Part shown: one piece after another, positions 7,703 through 16,542 of the stretch | Numbering within the stretch: the stretch's first letter is position 1 | How the letters are laid out: the number at the start of each line of letters is the position of its first letter | DNA from: Acidimicrobiia bacterium | GTDB lineage: Bacteria > Actinomycetota > Acidimicrobiia > Spongiisociales > CAZKJJ01 | NCBI GenBank assembly: GCA_046759765.1 | Contig: JBHICV010000009.1 | Location: forward strand, 1 to 33,310 | Length of the DNA: 33,310 nucleotides | Direction of reading: 5' to 3' | Position numbers and translations under genes: made by a program | The notes under the pieces: generated by a model | Database searches by the model: none | Told to the model about the DNA's origin: nothing | The model's input: the letters and a program-made list of their open reading frames with translations, nothing else

Positions 7703-8686
7703 CTAGGCGGCGTCCGTCGCAGTAATCGCCCACGACTGATTCCGCTCCGGGTCGTTGGCGGCGACGTGAAGATCCCAGCCGGTGGGCGGAACAAGATCGG
7801 ACCAGGCAAACCATCTGATCGTCTCGGCCGCCCGTTCTACCGCCTCGGGGGGTGGAGGCCACACGTCCAGGATGCCGGCCAACGCGGCCACTGCCCACCA
7901 CGCGGAGAATCGGCCGGCCGCACTTCCCTTTCGTCTTCCGTGAGCACCGCCCGAGGCGGCCGCCCACGCCATCTGAGCTAGGGCCTCGTCCGGCGTGATT
8001 GTCGCGATTCGTGCCTCCTTCAGTCCCAGTGCCGCAAGCGCGGCCTGGGCCGGGCCCCGCACGATGGCCACCTGAGCTCGGCCGTTGGACTCTGTAACCC
8101 AAGTGTCGACCAGCCGGCGGAGGGCATCATCGGCGTCAGGGTCGTCTATCGGTTTCCCGGTTGCGGTGGGCGCGACCGCCTCTAGGAGCGGAATGTCCGG
8201 GGCAGGGAACTCGGCTCGGTCGGCGTGGTAGGTAGCTACGGCGTACGCCGGCTCCCAGGAGGCGAGTACCAGTGGGATCTCGAGCACCTCATGGTCGAGT
8301 CCCTGCTCGGCGCTGAGATCCTCTCCACGAACCACTCTCTCATGTGCAGTCACAGCTCTGCTGGGACCAGGCGGGACGTGATCCGAAAGCTCCGCCCAGG
8401 TGTGGGTCGAGGCTGCCACCTCCTCCAGCGGGCCCAGAGTGAATCCAGCTGGATCCTCTATCACCATCGGCCCGGCGTAGCTGGCGGGGGCTTCCAGAGC
8501 GAGCCGGTACTCGGCGTGGTGAGCCACACCCCACAGCTGACGGCCGGTGTCCACAGCCCTGTAGCAGCGTTCTCGCAGCGTGAGGATTCCGTCCCAGTCC
8601 TCGTCCTTCGCCGCTGTGTCGATCAGCCGCAGAAGTTTGTCTGGATCGTTCAGCTCGATCGCTTCTGCGAGGTCCGCCAGATCCAT
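7703..8686 (-). CDS. Conserved hypothetical protein (possibly DUF6183 family)
   Basis: Long ORF; ATG overlaps the sseA stop (TGATG); motifs AEYRLALEAP and AASGGAHGRRKGSAAGRF. Family name is from memory and uncertain. Confidence 0.7.
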   Translation of the reverse strand: MDLADLAEAIELNDPDKLLRLIDTAAKDEDWDGILTLRERCYRAVDTGRQLWGVAHHAEYRLALEAPASYAGPMVIEDPAGFTLGPLEEVAASTHTWAELSDHVPPGPSRAVTAHERVVRGEDLSAEQGLDHEVLEIPLVLASWEPAYAVATYHADRAEFPAPDIPLLEAVAPTATGKPIDDPDADDALRRLVDTWVTESNGRAQVAIVRGPAQAALAALGLKEARIATITPDEALAQMAWAAASGGAHGRRKGSAAGRFSAWWAVAALAGILDVWPPPPEAVERAAETIRWFAWSDLVPPTGWDLHVAANDPERNQSWAITATDAA

Positions 8687-9534
8687 CAGGGGGGCGGGTC
8701 GCCGGGATCCGAGCCGGTTGCCACCGGATATCCGGCTGTTGACCAATCACTCCACGAGCCTGGATAAAGCTTGCCGGAAGGCAGGCCGGCTAGCTCCATG
8801 GCCAACAGGGCCTGGCAAGCGGTGGTGCCACTGCCGCAATAGGCGACGATCTCGTGGCCTTCAGCGACTCCGAGGTCGTGGAAGCGGTTGGCGAGTCTTT
8901 TCGGATCTAAGAACCTTCCGTCGTCGGTGACGTTGTCCGTGTACGGGGCCGAGAGAGCAGTCGGGATGTGACCGGCCACGGGGTCGATCGGCTCCTCGAT
9001 CCCCTCGTATCGATTCGGTGCGCGAGTGTCGAGTAGCAAGACGGATCCGAGACGCTTGCGCAACTCGTCGCGGTCAATCAGATCGTCTGACCTTGTCGTG
9101 GCGACGAACTGTTCGGGTTCGTACGTGTGAACCGCGGCCGTGACCGGGTACTCAGCCGCCGTCCAGGCCGCGAACCCGCCATCGAGAACTGACACGGCCG
9201 GATGACCGAAGTGATGGAGCATCCACCAGAGCCGGGCCGCTACCCCACCGGCCGCATCGTCGTACACAATGACGTGGTTGTCGTTGCCGATCCCGACTGC
9301 GCCGACGGTCTCAGCGAAGCTCTGCGCGTCCGGCAACGGATGACGACCGTCTCCCTCAGGGGCGGATAGGTCACGGTCGAGGTCGAGGAAGATGGCGCCG
9401 GGGACGTGAGACGTGTCGTACTCGTCGCGGCCACGACTAGGTGCCCCCAGGTACCAGCGGACGTCGACGACGCGCACTGACGGCTCCAGCAGATGGTGAT
9501 AAAGCCAGGAAACGGTTACGAGCGGATCAGTCAC
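8686..9534 (-). CDS. sseA: 3-mercaptopyruvate/thiosulfate sulfurtransferase (tandem rhodanese)
   Basis: HVPGAIFLD, GRHPLP, AARLWW, GHIPTA, active-site YCGSGTTA, LYPGSWSDW. Confidence 0.9.
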   Translation of the reverse strand: MTDPLVTVSWLYHHLLEPSVRVVDVRWYLGAPSRGRDEYDTSHVPGAIFLDLDRDLSAPEGDGRHPLPDAQSFAETVGAVGIGNDNHVIVYDDAAGGVAARLWWMLHHFGHPAVSVLDGGFAAWTAAEYPVTAAVHTYEPEQFVATTRSDDLIDRDELRKRLGSVLLLDTRAPNRYEGIEEPIDPVAGHIPTALSAPYTDNVTDDGRFLDPKRLANRFHDLGVAEGHEIVAYCGSGTTACQALLAMELAGLPSGKLYPGSWSDWSTAGYPVATGSDPGDPPP

Positions 9535-9580
9535 GGCAGCCAGCTTATCGACGGCTCACAGCCGGGTAGCCTCCGCCCCC

Positions 9581-10543
9581 GTGCCCGCCAGTCACCGAAA
9601 GACCCTGTTGTGGAAGGGTCTGCTCTACATAGGACCGTTGTTGGTTCTGGTGACGATCGCTGCTGTCCAACTGGCGGTATCCGACCGGCTTCCGGATCCG
9701 ATGGCCGTGCATTGGGGCGTCGACGGAGTTCCGGACGGCTTCCTGCCTCAGGCTGCCTCACTGTTGCTGCTAGGAGGAATCTGGATCGGCTTCTGGGCAC
9801 TGATTTTCCACAGCGTCAGAGATTCCCGCGGGTCGATCGCCTTTCCCGTTGGTGTCCTCTATTTCCTCGGCGGCTTGTTGCTGGTCGTCCAGGTCTCGAT
9901 CGTCGCCGCCGGGCTCGATACCTCCCACTGGAGCGAAGCGGATCCTTTCTCCTGGGCGACGCTCGCCGTCGAGCTCCTGGTCGGCCTGGCTCTGGGCGTC
10001 CTCGCCGGGGTGCTGGCGAGCCGGATCCCAACCGAACCCCTACCCGAGGCTTACGAGGCTCCGGCGGTCGCGATTCCCGAGGCCTAAGGGATCCTGTGGG
10101 AGATGACGGTGGGGAATCGGGGCCTCACTGCTGTTGCCGTCTTGATGGTGCTCCTCGTGCCCGTGACGTGGTACTTCATTCGCGTCTGGTGGATGTGGGT
10201 GATTGTGACGGCGACCGCCGCGGCGGTGATCGTCTTCACCAAAGCCCGGGCGACTGTCCACAGCAACGGCGTGCGCGTCAGTCTTGGTCCCTTCGGCTGG
10301 CCGAGAAAGGAGATAGAAGTTGGCCGAATAGTCCGGGCCAACGTCGAGCACATCGAGCCGATGTCGTGGGGAGGCTGGGGCTGGAGGATCAAGCCACCGG
10401 CCACCACAGTGATACTGCGGAAAGGCGAGGCCTTGATGCTCGACCTCGTCGACGGCAAGAAGTTCGGGGTCACAGTCGACGAGGCCGCTACCGCCGCGGG
10501 GCTCGTGAACGGCCTCGTGGCTCGCCGGCAGAAGACCGGCTAG
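9581..10543 (+). pseudogene. DUF1648/SdpI-like membrane protein interrupted by an in-frame TAA (10085-10087)
   Basis: LPDPMAVHWGVDGVPDGF motif; ORFs 9581-10087 and 10103-10543 share a frame and read AIPEA*GILWEMTV; C-part has WGGWGWR...VILRKGEAL...FGVTVD. Confidence 0.75.
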
Positions 10544-10947
10544 GACGTAGGCTCGTCCTCGTTCCCTTCCGTGTCGTCGGGTATCACGTCGCCGGCGGCC
10601 TCCGCAATTTCCCTCTGGGCGTCTTCCAGCTCCTCGGACTCGGCGGGTGCGGTTGGCTTCCACACCTTCTTCACCTCTTCCCCGACCTCGCCGAACGTCG
10701 CTCCGAGAGCTCCCACGAACGAGTTGGCTGCTGCTTTGGCCGCGGCCTTTACGTCCTCGTCCCGAGCACTCTCGGAGATGGTGGCGGCGACTCGCTCGGC
10801 TGCCTTGGCCAGGCCCTGAAAGGCGTCTTTGATGTCGGGTCCGATCTCCTCCGTTCCCTCTTGTGACTCGTAGTGCTCCGTGAATTTCTCGCCGAGGCGG
10901 GTGAAGTGATCACCGACCTCTTTCCATGCGTCGTCGGTCTTGGTCAT
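10540..10947 (-). CDS. Hypothetical acidic alpha-helical protein
   Basis: 135-aa ORF with GAGGGG SD-like site upstream and a coherent amphipathic sequence; fills the gap between neighbours. Confidence 0.7.
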   Translation of the reverse strand: MTKTDDAWKEVGDHFTRLGEKFTEHYESQEGTEEIGPDIKDAFQGLAKAAERVAATISESARDEDVKAAAKAAANSFVGALGATFGEVGEEVKKVWKPTAPAESEELEDAQREIAEAAGDVIPDDTEGNEDEPTS

Positions 10948-10970
10948 GAGATCCCCTCTACGCTTTTCGT

Positions 10971-11843
10971 GTGCGTCTCCACCTGCTCGATGGTACCTAT
11001 GAGCTGTTTCGGGCGTACTTCGGATTCCCGCGTAGAACCCGAGCGGACGGCAAGGAGGTCGGCGCGGTCCTTGGTCTGATCGAGACGACGCTTCGCCTGC
11101 TGCGCGAACCCGGCGTAACCCACGTGGCCGCCGCCACCGACCAGGTGATTCGCTCCTTCCGGAACGAGCTGTTCCCGGGCTACAAGACCGAGGAGGGAGT
11201 CGACTCCGAGTTGCTCGAGCAATTCCCCTGGGCCGAGCGGGCGCTGGAATCGTTGGGCGTGGTGGTGTGGCCGCTACGGGAGTTCGAGGCCGATGACGGA
11301 ATGGCCACTGCTGCGATCCTTTACGCGGACGAGGTCGAGCAAGTCGTTCTTCTGACGCCCGACAAAGACCTGACCCAATGCGTGGTTGGTCGTCACATCG
11401 TGACTTTCGACCGGCGCAAGCAGCAGATGACGGACGAGGACGGCGTCTGGGAGCGGTTCGGCGTCGCCCCCGAGTCGATCCCCGACTATCTGGCGCTGGT
11501 GGGGGATTCCGCCGATAGGATCCCAGGAATTCCTGGGTGGGGTCCTAAGTCGGCTTCGACGCTTCTGGCCCATTACGGTCGGATAGACCGGATCCCGCCG
11601 GAACCGTCGGATTGGGCTGTTCAGGTGAGAGGCGCGGCTCGGCTGGCCGGGAACCTGCAAGAGAACCTCGAAGAGGCGTTTCTATATCGGCGCCTCACCA
11701 CGCTGAGGCGCGATGTGCCGCTGTCGGAGACCCTCGCTGACCTCGAGTGGCAGGGCGTCAACCGGGACGCCTTCCTGGAGCTATGCGACGAGTTCGACTT
11801 CACCGACGTACGCGACCGGCCTCACCGCTGGCAGCAGTCCTAG
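10971..11843 (+). CDS. Stand-alone 5'-3' exonuclease / flap endonuclease (PolI N-terminal-like)
   Basis: LLDGTYELFRAYF, FRNELFPGYK, FEADD, TPDKDLTQ, H3TH ALVGDSADRIPGIPGWGPKSA. Confidence 0.92.
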   Translation: MRLHLLDGTYELFRAYFGFPRRTRADGKEVGAVLGLIETTLRLLREPGVTHVAAATDQVIRSFRNELFPGYKTEEGVDSELLEQFPWAERALESLGVVVWPLREFEADDGMATAAILYADEVEQVVLLTPDKDLTQCVVGRHIVTFDRRKQQMTDEDGVWERFGVAPESIPDYLALVGDSADRIPGIPGWGPKSASTLLAHYGRIDRIPPEPSDWAVQVRGAARLAGNLQENLEEAFLYRRLTTLRRDVPLSETLADLEWQGVNRDAFLELCDEFDFTDVRDRPHRWQQS

Positions 11844-13252
11844 CTCAATTCCCGCTTCAAAGCTGCTTCAGCAGCCCAGTAGCCGCACATCCCATGAACT
11901 CCGGCGCCGGGAGGGGTCGATGCCGAACAGAGGTAGATGCCGTCCGCCGGGGTCGTGTACGGAGAGAAGACCTTCGGTCGACGTAGCATCTGGCGAAGGG
12001 TCATCTCGCCGCCGCTGATGTCGCCCCCGACGTTGTTGGCGTTGTACAGCTCGAACTCGGCCGCATTCTTCTTCGCCCTAGCCAGAACCAGGTCTCGGAA
12101 GCCGGGGGCGAATCGTTCGATCTGTGACTCGATCGCCGTTGTCAGGTCGTGGGTCGAGCCGGCGGGAACGTGGGTGTAAGCCCAGAGTACATGTTTGCCC
12201 TCGGGAGCCCGGGTCTGGTCGAAGAGGCTGGGCTGCGCGACGAGGACGAAGGGTCGCTCGGGATGCTGGCCGCGGCCGACCTGGGCTTCGGCTGCCGTGA
12301 TCTCTTCCAGCGTCCCGCCCACGTGGACGGTGCCGGCTCGCCGACACTCTGTTGCGGTCCAAGGGACGGGCCCGTCCAGTGCATAGTCGACCTTGAAGAC
12401 GCCTGGTCCGTGGCGAAAGCGGCGGAGCCTGGCGCGGAAGCGACCGGGCAGTTGAGACGCGGCGATTCTTTCCAGTGTCTGGGGAGACGTGTCAAACAGG
12501 ACCGCCTCATGCGGCGGCAACTCGGAGAAGTCCTTGACTTCTCGTCCCATTTCGATCGCGCCTCCCAGCTCGGTGAGGAGACCCGCGAGGGCGTCCGCGA
12601 TGCTCTGCGATCCGCCTCGGGGCATCGGCCACCCGTAAGCGTGGCCCGCTGCTCCCAGGAAGAGCGCCGGGCCTGCCGTCAGAATTGCTCCCAGCGGCCT
12701 GATCGAGTGCCCTCCCAGGCCTGCGAACAGCGCGCGACCCTCCTCGGTTCCGAAGGACCGCCGGGCGAGCCTCTCGGCCGGCTGCGTTCCCTTGAGCCCC
12801 ATCCTGGCCATCAGCGGATGCCGCGGTACCCGGACCAAGGGAGCCAAGACTCCGCGGGCCAGCTGGCGGAAGTTACGCACGAGCGGCTCGAACAGTTTGC
12901 GGTAGGGCTCTTCGTCCGGCCCCAGCGCCTCCGCCGTCTCATCGACTGAGCGAGCCAGCGTGGCGGCTCGCCCGTCGTCCAAGGGGTGGGCAAGCGGCAA
13001 ATCAGGATGGATCCACTCGAGGCCCTGACTTTGCAGAGGCAGCGTCCGGAAGAACGGAGAGCCGACCCCCATCGGGTGAATTGCCGAGCACACGTCGTGC
13101 GAGAATCCCGGAAGCGTCAGTTCGGCCGTTCGAGTGCCGCCACCGATTGTCTCGGCTGCCTCGATGACCAGCACCGACCGCCCTGCCTGGGCGATCCTGA
13201 TCGCGGCGGAGAGGCCGTTGGGTCCCGCTCCGACCACTACCGCGTCAGCCAT
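11840..13252 (-). CDS. Phytoene dehydrogenase-like FAD-dependent oxidoreductase
   Basis: True start at MADAVVVGAGPNGLSAA (GxGxxG); HDVCSAIHP; C-terminal YLCSASTPPGAGVHGMCG. Confidence 0.9.
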   Translation of the reverse strand: MADAVVVGAGPNGLSAAIRIAQAGRSVLVIEAAETIGGGTRTAELTLPGFSHDVCSAIHPMGVGSPFFRTLPLQSQGLEWIHPDLPLAHPLDDGRAATLARSVDETAEALGPDEEPYRKLFEPLVRNFRQLARGVLAPLVRVPRHPLMARMGLKGTQPAERLARRSFGTEEGRALFAGLGGHSIRPLGAILTAGPALFLGAAGHAYGWPMPRGGSQSIADALAGLLTELGGAIEMGREVKDFSELPPHEAVLFDTSPQTLERIAASQLPGRFRARLRRFRHGPGVFKVDYALDGPVPWTATECRRAGTVHVGGTLEEITAAEAQVGRGQHPERPFVLVAQPSLFDQTRAPEGKHVLWAYTHVPAGSTHDLTTAIESQIERFAPGFRDLVLARAKKNAAEFELYNANNVGGDISGGEMTLRQMLRRPKVFSPYTTPADGIYLCSASTPPGAGVHGMCGYWAAEAALKRELS

Positions 13253-13354
13253 GGCCGGCAATTCTGGCGCGTAAGAGGGCGAATGAACGAAACGGACTCG
13301 TAGTGGCCCTAACTCGGCAGATCGGGCATGATTGTCGACCTGTAATCGTTGAGG

Positions 13355-13774
13355 ATGGAGATGCAAGAGTTTCCGGACCCGGCCGAGCACATACTTCGGT
13401 CGTACACGATCTGGGCCGTGGTCGGGCTCTCCGACAACGTCTATCGGGCCAGCAACAGTATCGGCCGTTTTCTCCAGGATCAGGGCTTCAAAGTCATCCC
13501 GGTGAACCCCAACCTGGACTATGTCCTGGGAGAGAAGGCGTACCCCGATCTGCGCTCGGTGCCCGAGCCCATCGAGGTGGTCGACATCTTCCGGCGATCG
13601 GATCAGGCCGGTAAACACGTCGACGAGGCCATCGAGGTGAGCGCCAAAGCTGTCTGGATGCAGCTGGGAGTGATCGACGAGGCTGCCGCGGCTCGAGCTC
13701 GGGCGGCGGGGCTGTACGTTGTCATGAACAGGTGCCCGGCTGTGGAGTACCCACGCCTCATCGGTGCCGCCTGA
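13355..13774 (+). CDS. CoA-binding protein (YccU-like)
   Basis: AVVGLS, VIPVNP, VDIFRRS, AVWMQLG, VMNRC; exact start uncertain (13349, 13355 or 13361). Confidence 0.9.
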   Translation: MEMQEFPDPAEHILRSYTIWAVVGLSDNVYRASNSIGRFLQDQGFKVIPVNPNLDYVLGEKAYPDLRSVPEPIEVVDIFRRSDQAGKHVDEAIEVSAKAVWMQLGVIDEAAAARARAAGLYVVMNRCPAVEYPRLIGAA

Positions 13775-13792
13775 TCTCCCGATGCACAGCCA

Positions 13793-14140
13793 ATGACCCG
13801 CGTCTCGAACGTCATCTTGCACGTCGGTGACGTCGATGAATCGGTTGCCTTCTATGAAGGCTTGGGACTGAGTGTCGTCGGAAGGTCCGAGGCGATGGTC
13901 TTTCTTGATACCGGGTCGGTGAGTCTCGCCCTGGCCTCTGGTCGTGGCTCCATCGATCCCGGAGACACCGAGATCGTCTTGGAGTTCGAGGACGTCGATC
14001 AGGCTTACGCGCGGTTGTCCGATGAGATTGAATTCCGCGTGGCGCCTCGACCGGTAACGACCCCGGGCGATCGTACGCTCTACGCGGCGGACTTCCGGGA
14101 TCCGGACGGCCACGTGCTGTCGATCACCGGTTGGAAGTAG
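13793..14140 (+). CDS. VOC/glyoxalase family protein
   Basis: VILHVGDVDESVAFY...LGL and FRDPDGHVL motifs. Confidence 0.88.
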   Translation: MTRVSNVILHVGDVDESVAFYEGLGLSVVGRSEAMVFLDTGSVSLALASGRGSIDPGDTEIVLEFEDVDQAYARLSDEIEFRVAPRPVTTPGDRTLYAADFRDPDGHVLSITGWK

Positions 14141-14142
14141 TT

Positions 14143-14325
14143 CTAGACGACGACATCCAAGCGCTCGTCGCAGTCCTCACATCGGTAGGTGACCACGTCG
14201 CCGGGCTCCCAACCCTCGGCGGGTTGAAACGGGATCTTGTGAGCGACGCCCCCACACTCGACGCAGCGGATGACCTCGGGAACCTCCGGCATCTCTTCGT
14301 CGTCAGGGGGTTGGGGCAGGCTCAT
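14143..14325 (-). CDS. Small zinc-ribbon protein (CxxC...CxxC)
   Basis: CVECGG and YRCEDC; directly downstream of nhaA; start may be the ATG at 14292. Confidence 0.7.
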   Translation of the reverse strand: MSLPQPPDDEEMPEVPEVIRCVECGGVAHKIPFQPAEGWEPGDVVTYRCEDCDERLDVVV

Positions 14326-15691
14326 CGACTCGATCCGACGATATCGCCCTCCTGGTGCTGCGGTGGATTCGCAGTATCAGATAGCCCAAAACCCCGGCAA
14401 CCAAGGAGGCACCGAATATCCCAATCTTCGAGAAGTCGATGATTTCGGGGCTGGTGAACGCAACCTCGGTTACGAAGATGGCCACCGTGAAGCCGATGCC
14501 GGCTAGGGCCGAGACTCCGACGATGTGCCTCCACGTAACGCGATGGGGCAGCTTTCCCAGCTTCGTGGCCAGCGTTATAGCCGTGGCGCCGGTGACTCCC
14601 ACGATCTTGCCCACCACGAGGCCGAAGAAGACGCCCAGTGTTACCGGATGCGTCAACGCCTCCCCCATGTCTATCGCTCCGAAATGCACGCCGGCGTTGG
14701 CAAGCGCGAAGATCGGTACGACCACGAACGAGCTCCATCCGACTAATCGGTGCTCGAGTCGATTGAGAGGAGCAACGGACTCTCGTGTCACCTCAGCCAG
14801 CAGCAAGGCTTCGTGGTCGACCAGAGCACGGCCGAGTGTTCCCTCCGGTGTCGTAGGCGATATCTCGAGAATCTGCCGAGCCTTGTTGTCGAAGTCCTCG
14901 GCCGAGTAAAGGGGGCGCGCAGGGGCAAGCAATCCGAGTGCGACGCCGGCCAGTGCGGCCTCGATCCCACTCTCGAGCGTCGCGAACCACACGAAGAACC
15001 CCATTGGCACATAGAAGGCGAATGACCGGATCCGGCTTCGGCCGGCCGTCCAGATAACAATCAGCCCCGCCACCGCGGCCACGAGCCAGGCGAGATTCAC
15101 GTCACTCGAGTAGAAGACGGCGATAATCGTTACTCCGCCGATGTCGTCTGCCACCGCCAGCGTGAGCAAGAAGAGCTTGGCTCCCGTCGGAACTCGGTTT
15201 CCCAGAAGGGTGACCACCCCTACCGCGAAGGCGATGTCGGTGGCGCTCGGGATTGCCCAGCCACGGGCCGCTTCACCGGTGCCCGCGTTGAAGGCCAGGT
15301 AGATGGCAGCCGGCACGAGCATTCCCCCGACGGCGGCTAGGACGGGGAGGGCCGCGGCACGAGGGTCACGGAGCTCACCGATGGCGAGTTCGCGTTTGAT
15401 TTCCAGCCCGACGACGAAGAAAAAGAGCGTCATCAGACCGTCGTTGACGACGCCTTTGAGATTCTCGGAGACGTGTAGCGGCCCCAGCTCGAGCGAGACT
15501 TCGGTGTTCCAGAAGCTCTGGTAACTCTCCGGGTCGAGATTGGCCCACACCAAGGCGATGATGGCCGCGGCGAGCAGAACGACCCCGGAAGCGGCTTCGA
15601 TCTGAGTGAATCGCAGGGCCGGCCGGAGAAAACGCCTGGGTACGAAGGCATCGGAGTTAAGCCACGTGCTGTGGATTCGCTCTTCAGGCAT
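14303..15691 (-). CDS. nhaA: Na+/H+ antiporter NhaA
   Basis: NDGLMTLFFFVVGLEIKRE, GWAIPSATDIAF, LAVADDIG, FALANAGV, GKIVG, GIGFT; start set at MPEERIH. Confidence 0.95.
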   Translation of the reverse strand: MPEERIHSTWLNSDAFVPRRFLRPALRFTQIEAASGVVLLAAAIIALVWANLDPESYQSFWNTEVSLELGPLHVSENLKGVVNDGLMTLFFFVVGLEIKRELAIGELRDPRAAALPVLAAVGGMLVPAAIYLAFNAGTGEAARGWAIPSATDIAFAVGVVTLLGNRVPTGAKLFLLTLAVADDIGGVTIIAVFYSSDVNLAWLVAAVAGLIVIWTAGRSRIRSFAFYVPMGFFVWFATLESGIEAALAGVALGLLAPARPLYSAEDFDNKARQILEISPTTPEGTLGRALVDHEALLLAEVTRESVAPLNRLEHRLVGWSSFVVVPIFALANAGVHFGAIDMGEALTHPVTLGVFFGLVVGKIVGVTGATAITLATKLGKLPHRVTWRHIVGVSALAGIGFTVAIFVTEVAFTSPEIIDFSKIGIFGASLVAGVLGYLILRIHRSTRRAISSDRVDEPAPTP

Positions 15692-15796
15692 GCCGGCGAA
15701 AGCGTAGTTAGTGGCCGTCCACACCAAGACGCACACCGTTCTTGGTGGCCATGTTTCGACTCGCTGTTGGAATGGCCTCTACGTAGGGTGGAGCTC

Positions 15797-16201
15797 ATGC
15801 AGCTGGCCCGGAGCCGCGCGGTCAGAACCGTCTATCTGGCCCTCGGGATCTTCTTCCTCGGCCTGGGCCTGGCGGGGACGGTCTTGCCCCTCATTCCGAC
15901 TACCGGACCGATTCTCCTGGCCGCCTTCTTCTTCAGCCGCTCCTCAGAGCGGTTCGAAACGTGGCTGCTGAATCATCGTGTCTTCGGCGGGATCGTGCGC
16001 GACTGGAGAGCCGGGCGCGGATTCTCACCCCGTGCGAAGGGTGTGGCAGTTGCGGCGATTGCCGTCACGTTCGGCATCACGGTGGGACTTGCCATCGACT
16101 CGACGCCCGTGCGGGTGCTTCTCGTTTTGCTGGCCGTTGGCTTGATCGTCTACATCCTCCGGCTTCCGACCAAGCGCTCCTCACCCGAGCTGGTCGACTA
16201 A
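15797..16201 (+). CDS. YbaN/DUF454 family membrane protein
   Basis: LPLIPTTGPILLAAFFFSRSSERFETWLLNHRVFG motif; GGAG upstream of ATG 15797. Confidence 0.85.
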   Translation: MQLARSRAVRTVYLALGIFFLGLGLAGTVLPLIPTTGPILLAAFFFSRSSERFETWLLNHRVFGGIVRDWRAGRGFSPRAKGVAVAAIAVTFGITVGLAIDSTPVRVLLVLLAVGLIVYILRLPTKRSSPELVD

Positions 16202-16210
16202 CCAGGGAGC

Positions 16211-16259
16211 GTTCTTGTCACTCTCAGCCGCGGAAAGTGCGGCTCAGATTGACAGAAAC
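16211..16259. repeat. 49-bp REP-like palindrome, family B, overlapping the 3' end of the MoaD-like gene
   Basis: GTTCTTGTCA-CTCTC-AGCCGC-GGAAAGT-GCGGCT-CAGAT-TGACAGAAAC. Confidence 0.85.
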
Positions 16260-16540
16260 GCGTTGCTTCCCCCCGACACGGCCTGCAGGATCGTGACCGT
16301 GTCGCCGTCTGCCACAGGCCAGTCCATGCCGCCGTCACGAACGATGGCGTTGTTGTGGAAACAGGTCACGTGTTGGCGGATTTCGCGTTTCTCGTCGTAG
16401 ATGTGGACCCTTAGCTCGGGATGGAACGCGAAAAGCGCCTCAAGCGCGCCGCCGACTGTCTCCGCTTGGACATCTACCGAGCGCTCGCTCTTGACCAGGT
16501 TCGCCAGCATGCTGGGAAGCTCGACGGAAACGTCGGCCAC
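16244..16540 (-). CDS. MoaD/ThiS ubiquitin-like protein with a 7-aa extension after GG
   Basis: VELPSML...TVGGALEAL...DGDTVTILQAVSGG then SNAFLSI*; GTG start 2 nt after the upstream gene's stop. Confidence 0.85.
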   Translation of the reverse strand: MADVSVELPSMLANLVKSERSVDVQAETVGGALEALFAFHPELRVHIYDEKREIRQHVTCFHNNAIVRDGGMDWPVADGDTVTILQAVSGGSNAFLSI

Positions 16541-16542
16541 GT

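Noticed and set aside
9493..10866. 457-aa + strand ORF and other long alternative-frame ORFs
   Set aside because: Arg/Gly/Pro-rich, motif-free and overlapping well-supported genes; typical high-GC shadow ORFs.
13253..14113. 757-aa fusion ORF 11840-14113
   Set aside because: The first 287 codons are the antisense shadow of the CoA-binding and VOC genes; the oxidoreductase starts at 13252.
15692..15796. nhaA-associated riboswitch in the nhaA/ybaN gap
   Set aside because: Two short hairpins exist, but I cannot match a known consensus, and a TACGCT hexamer 9 nt before the nhaA ATG suggests little or no leader; an Rfam scan would settle it.
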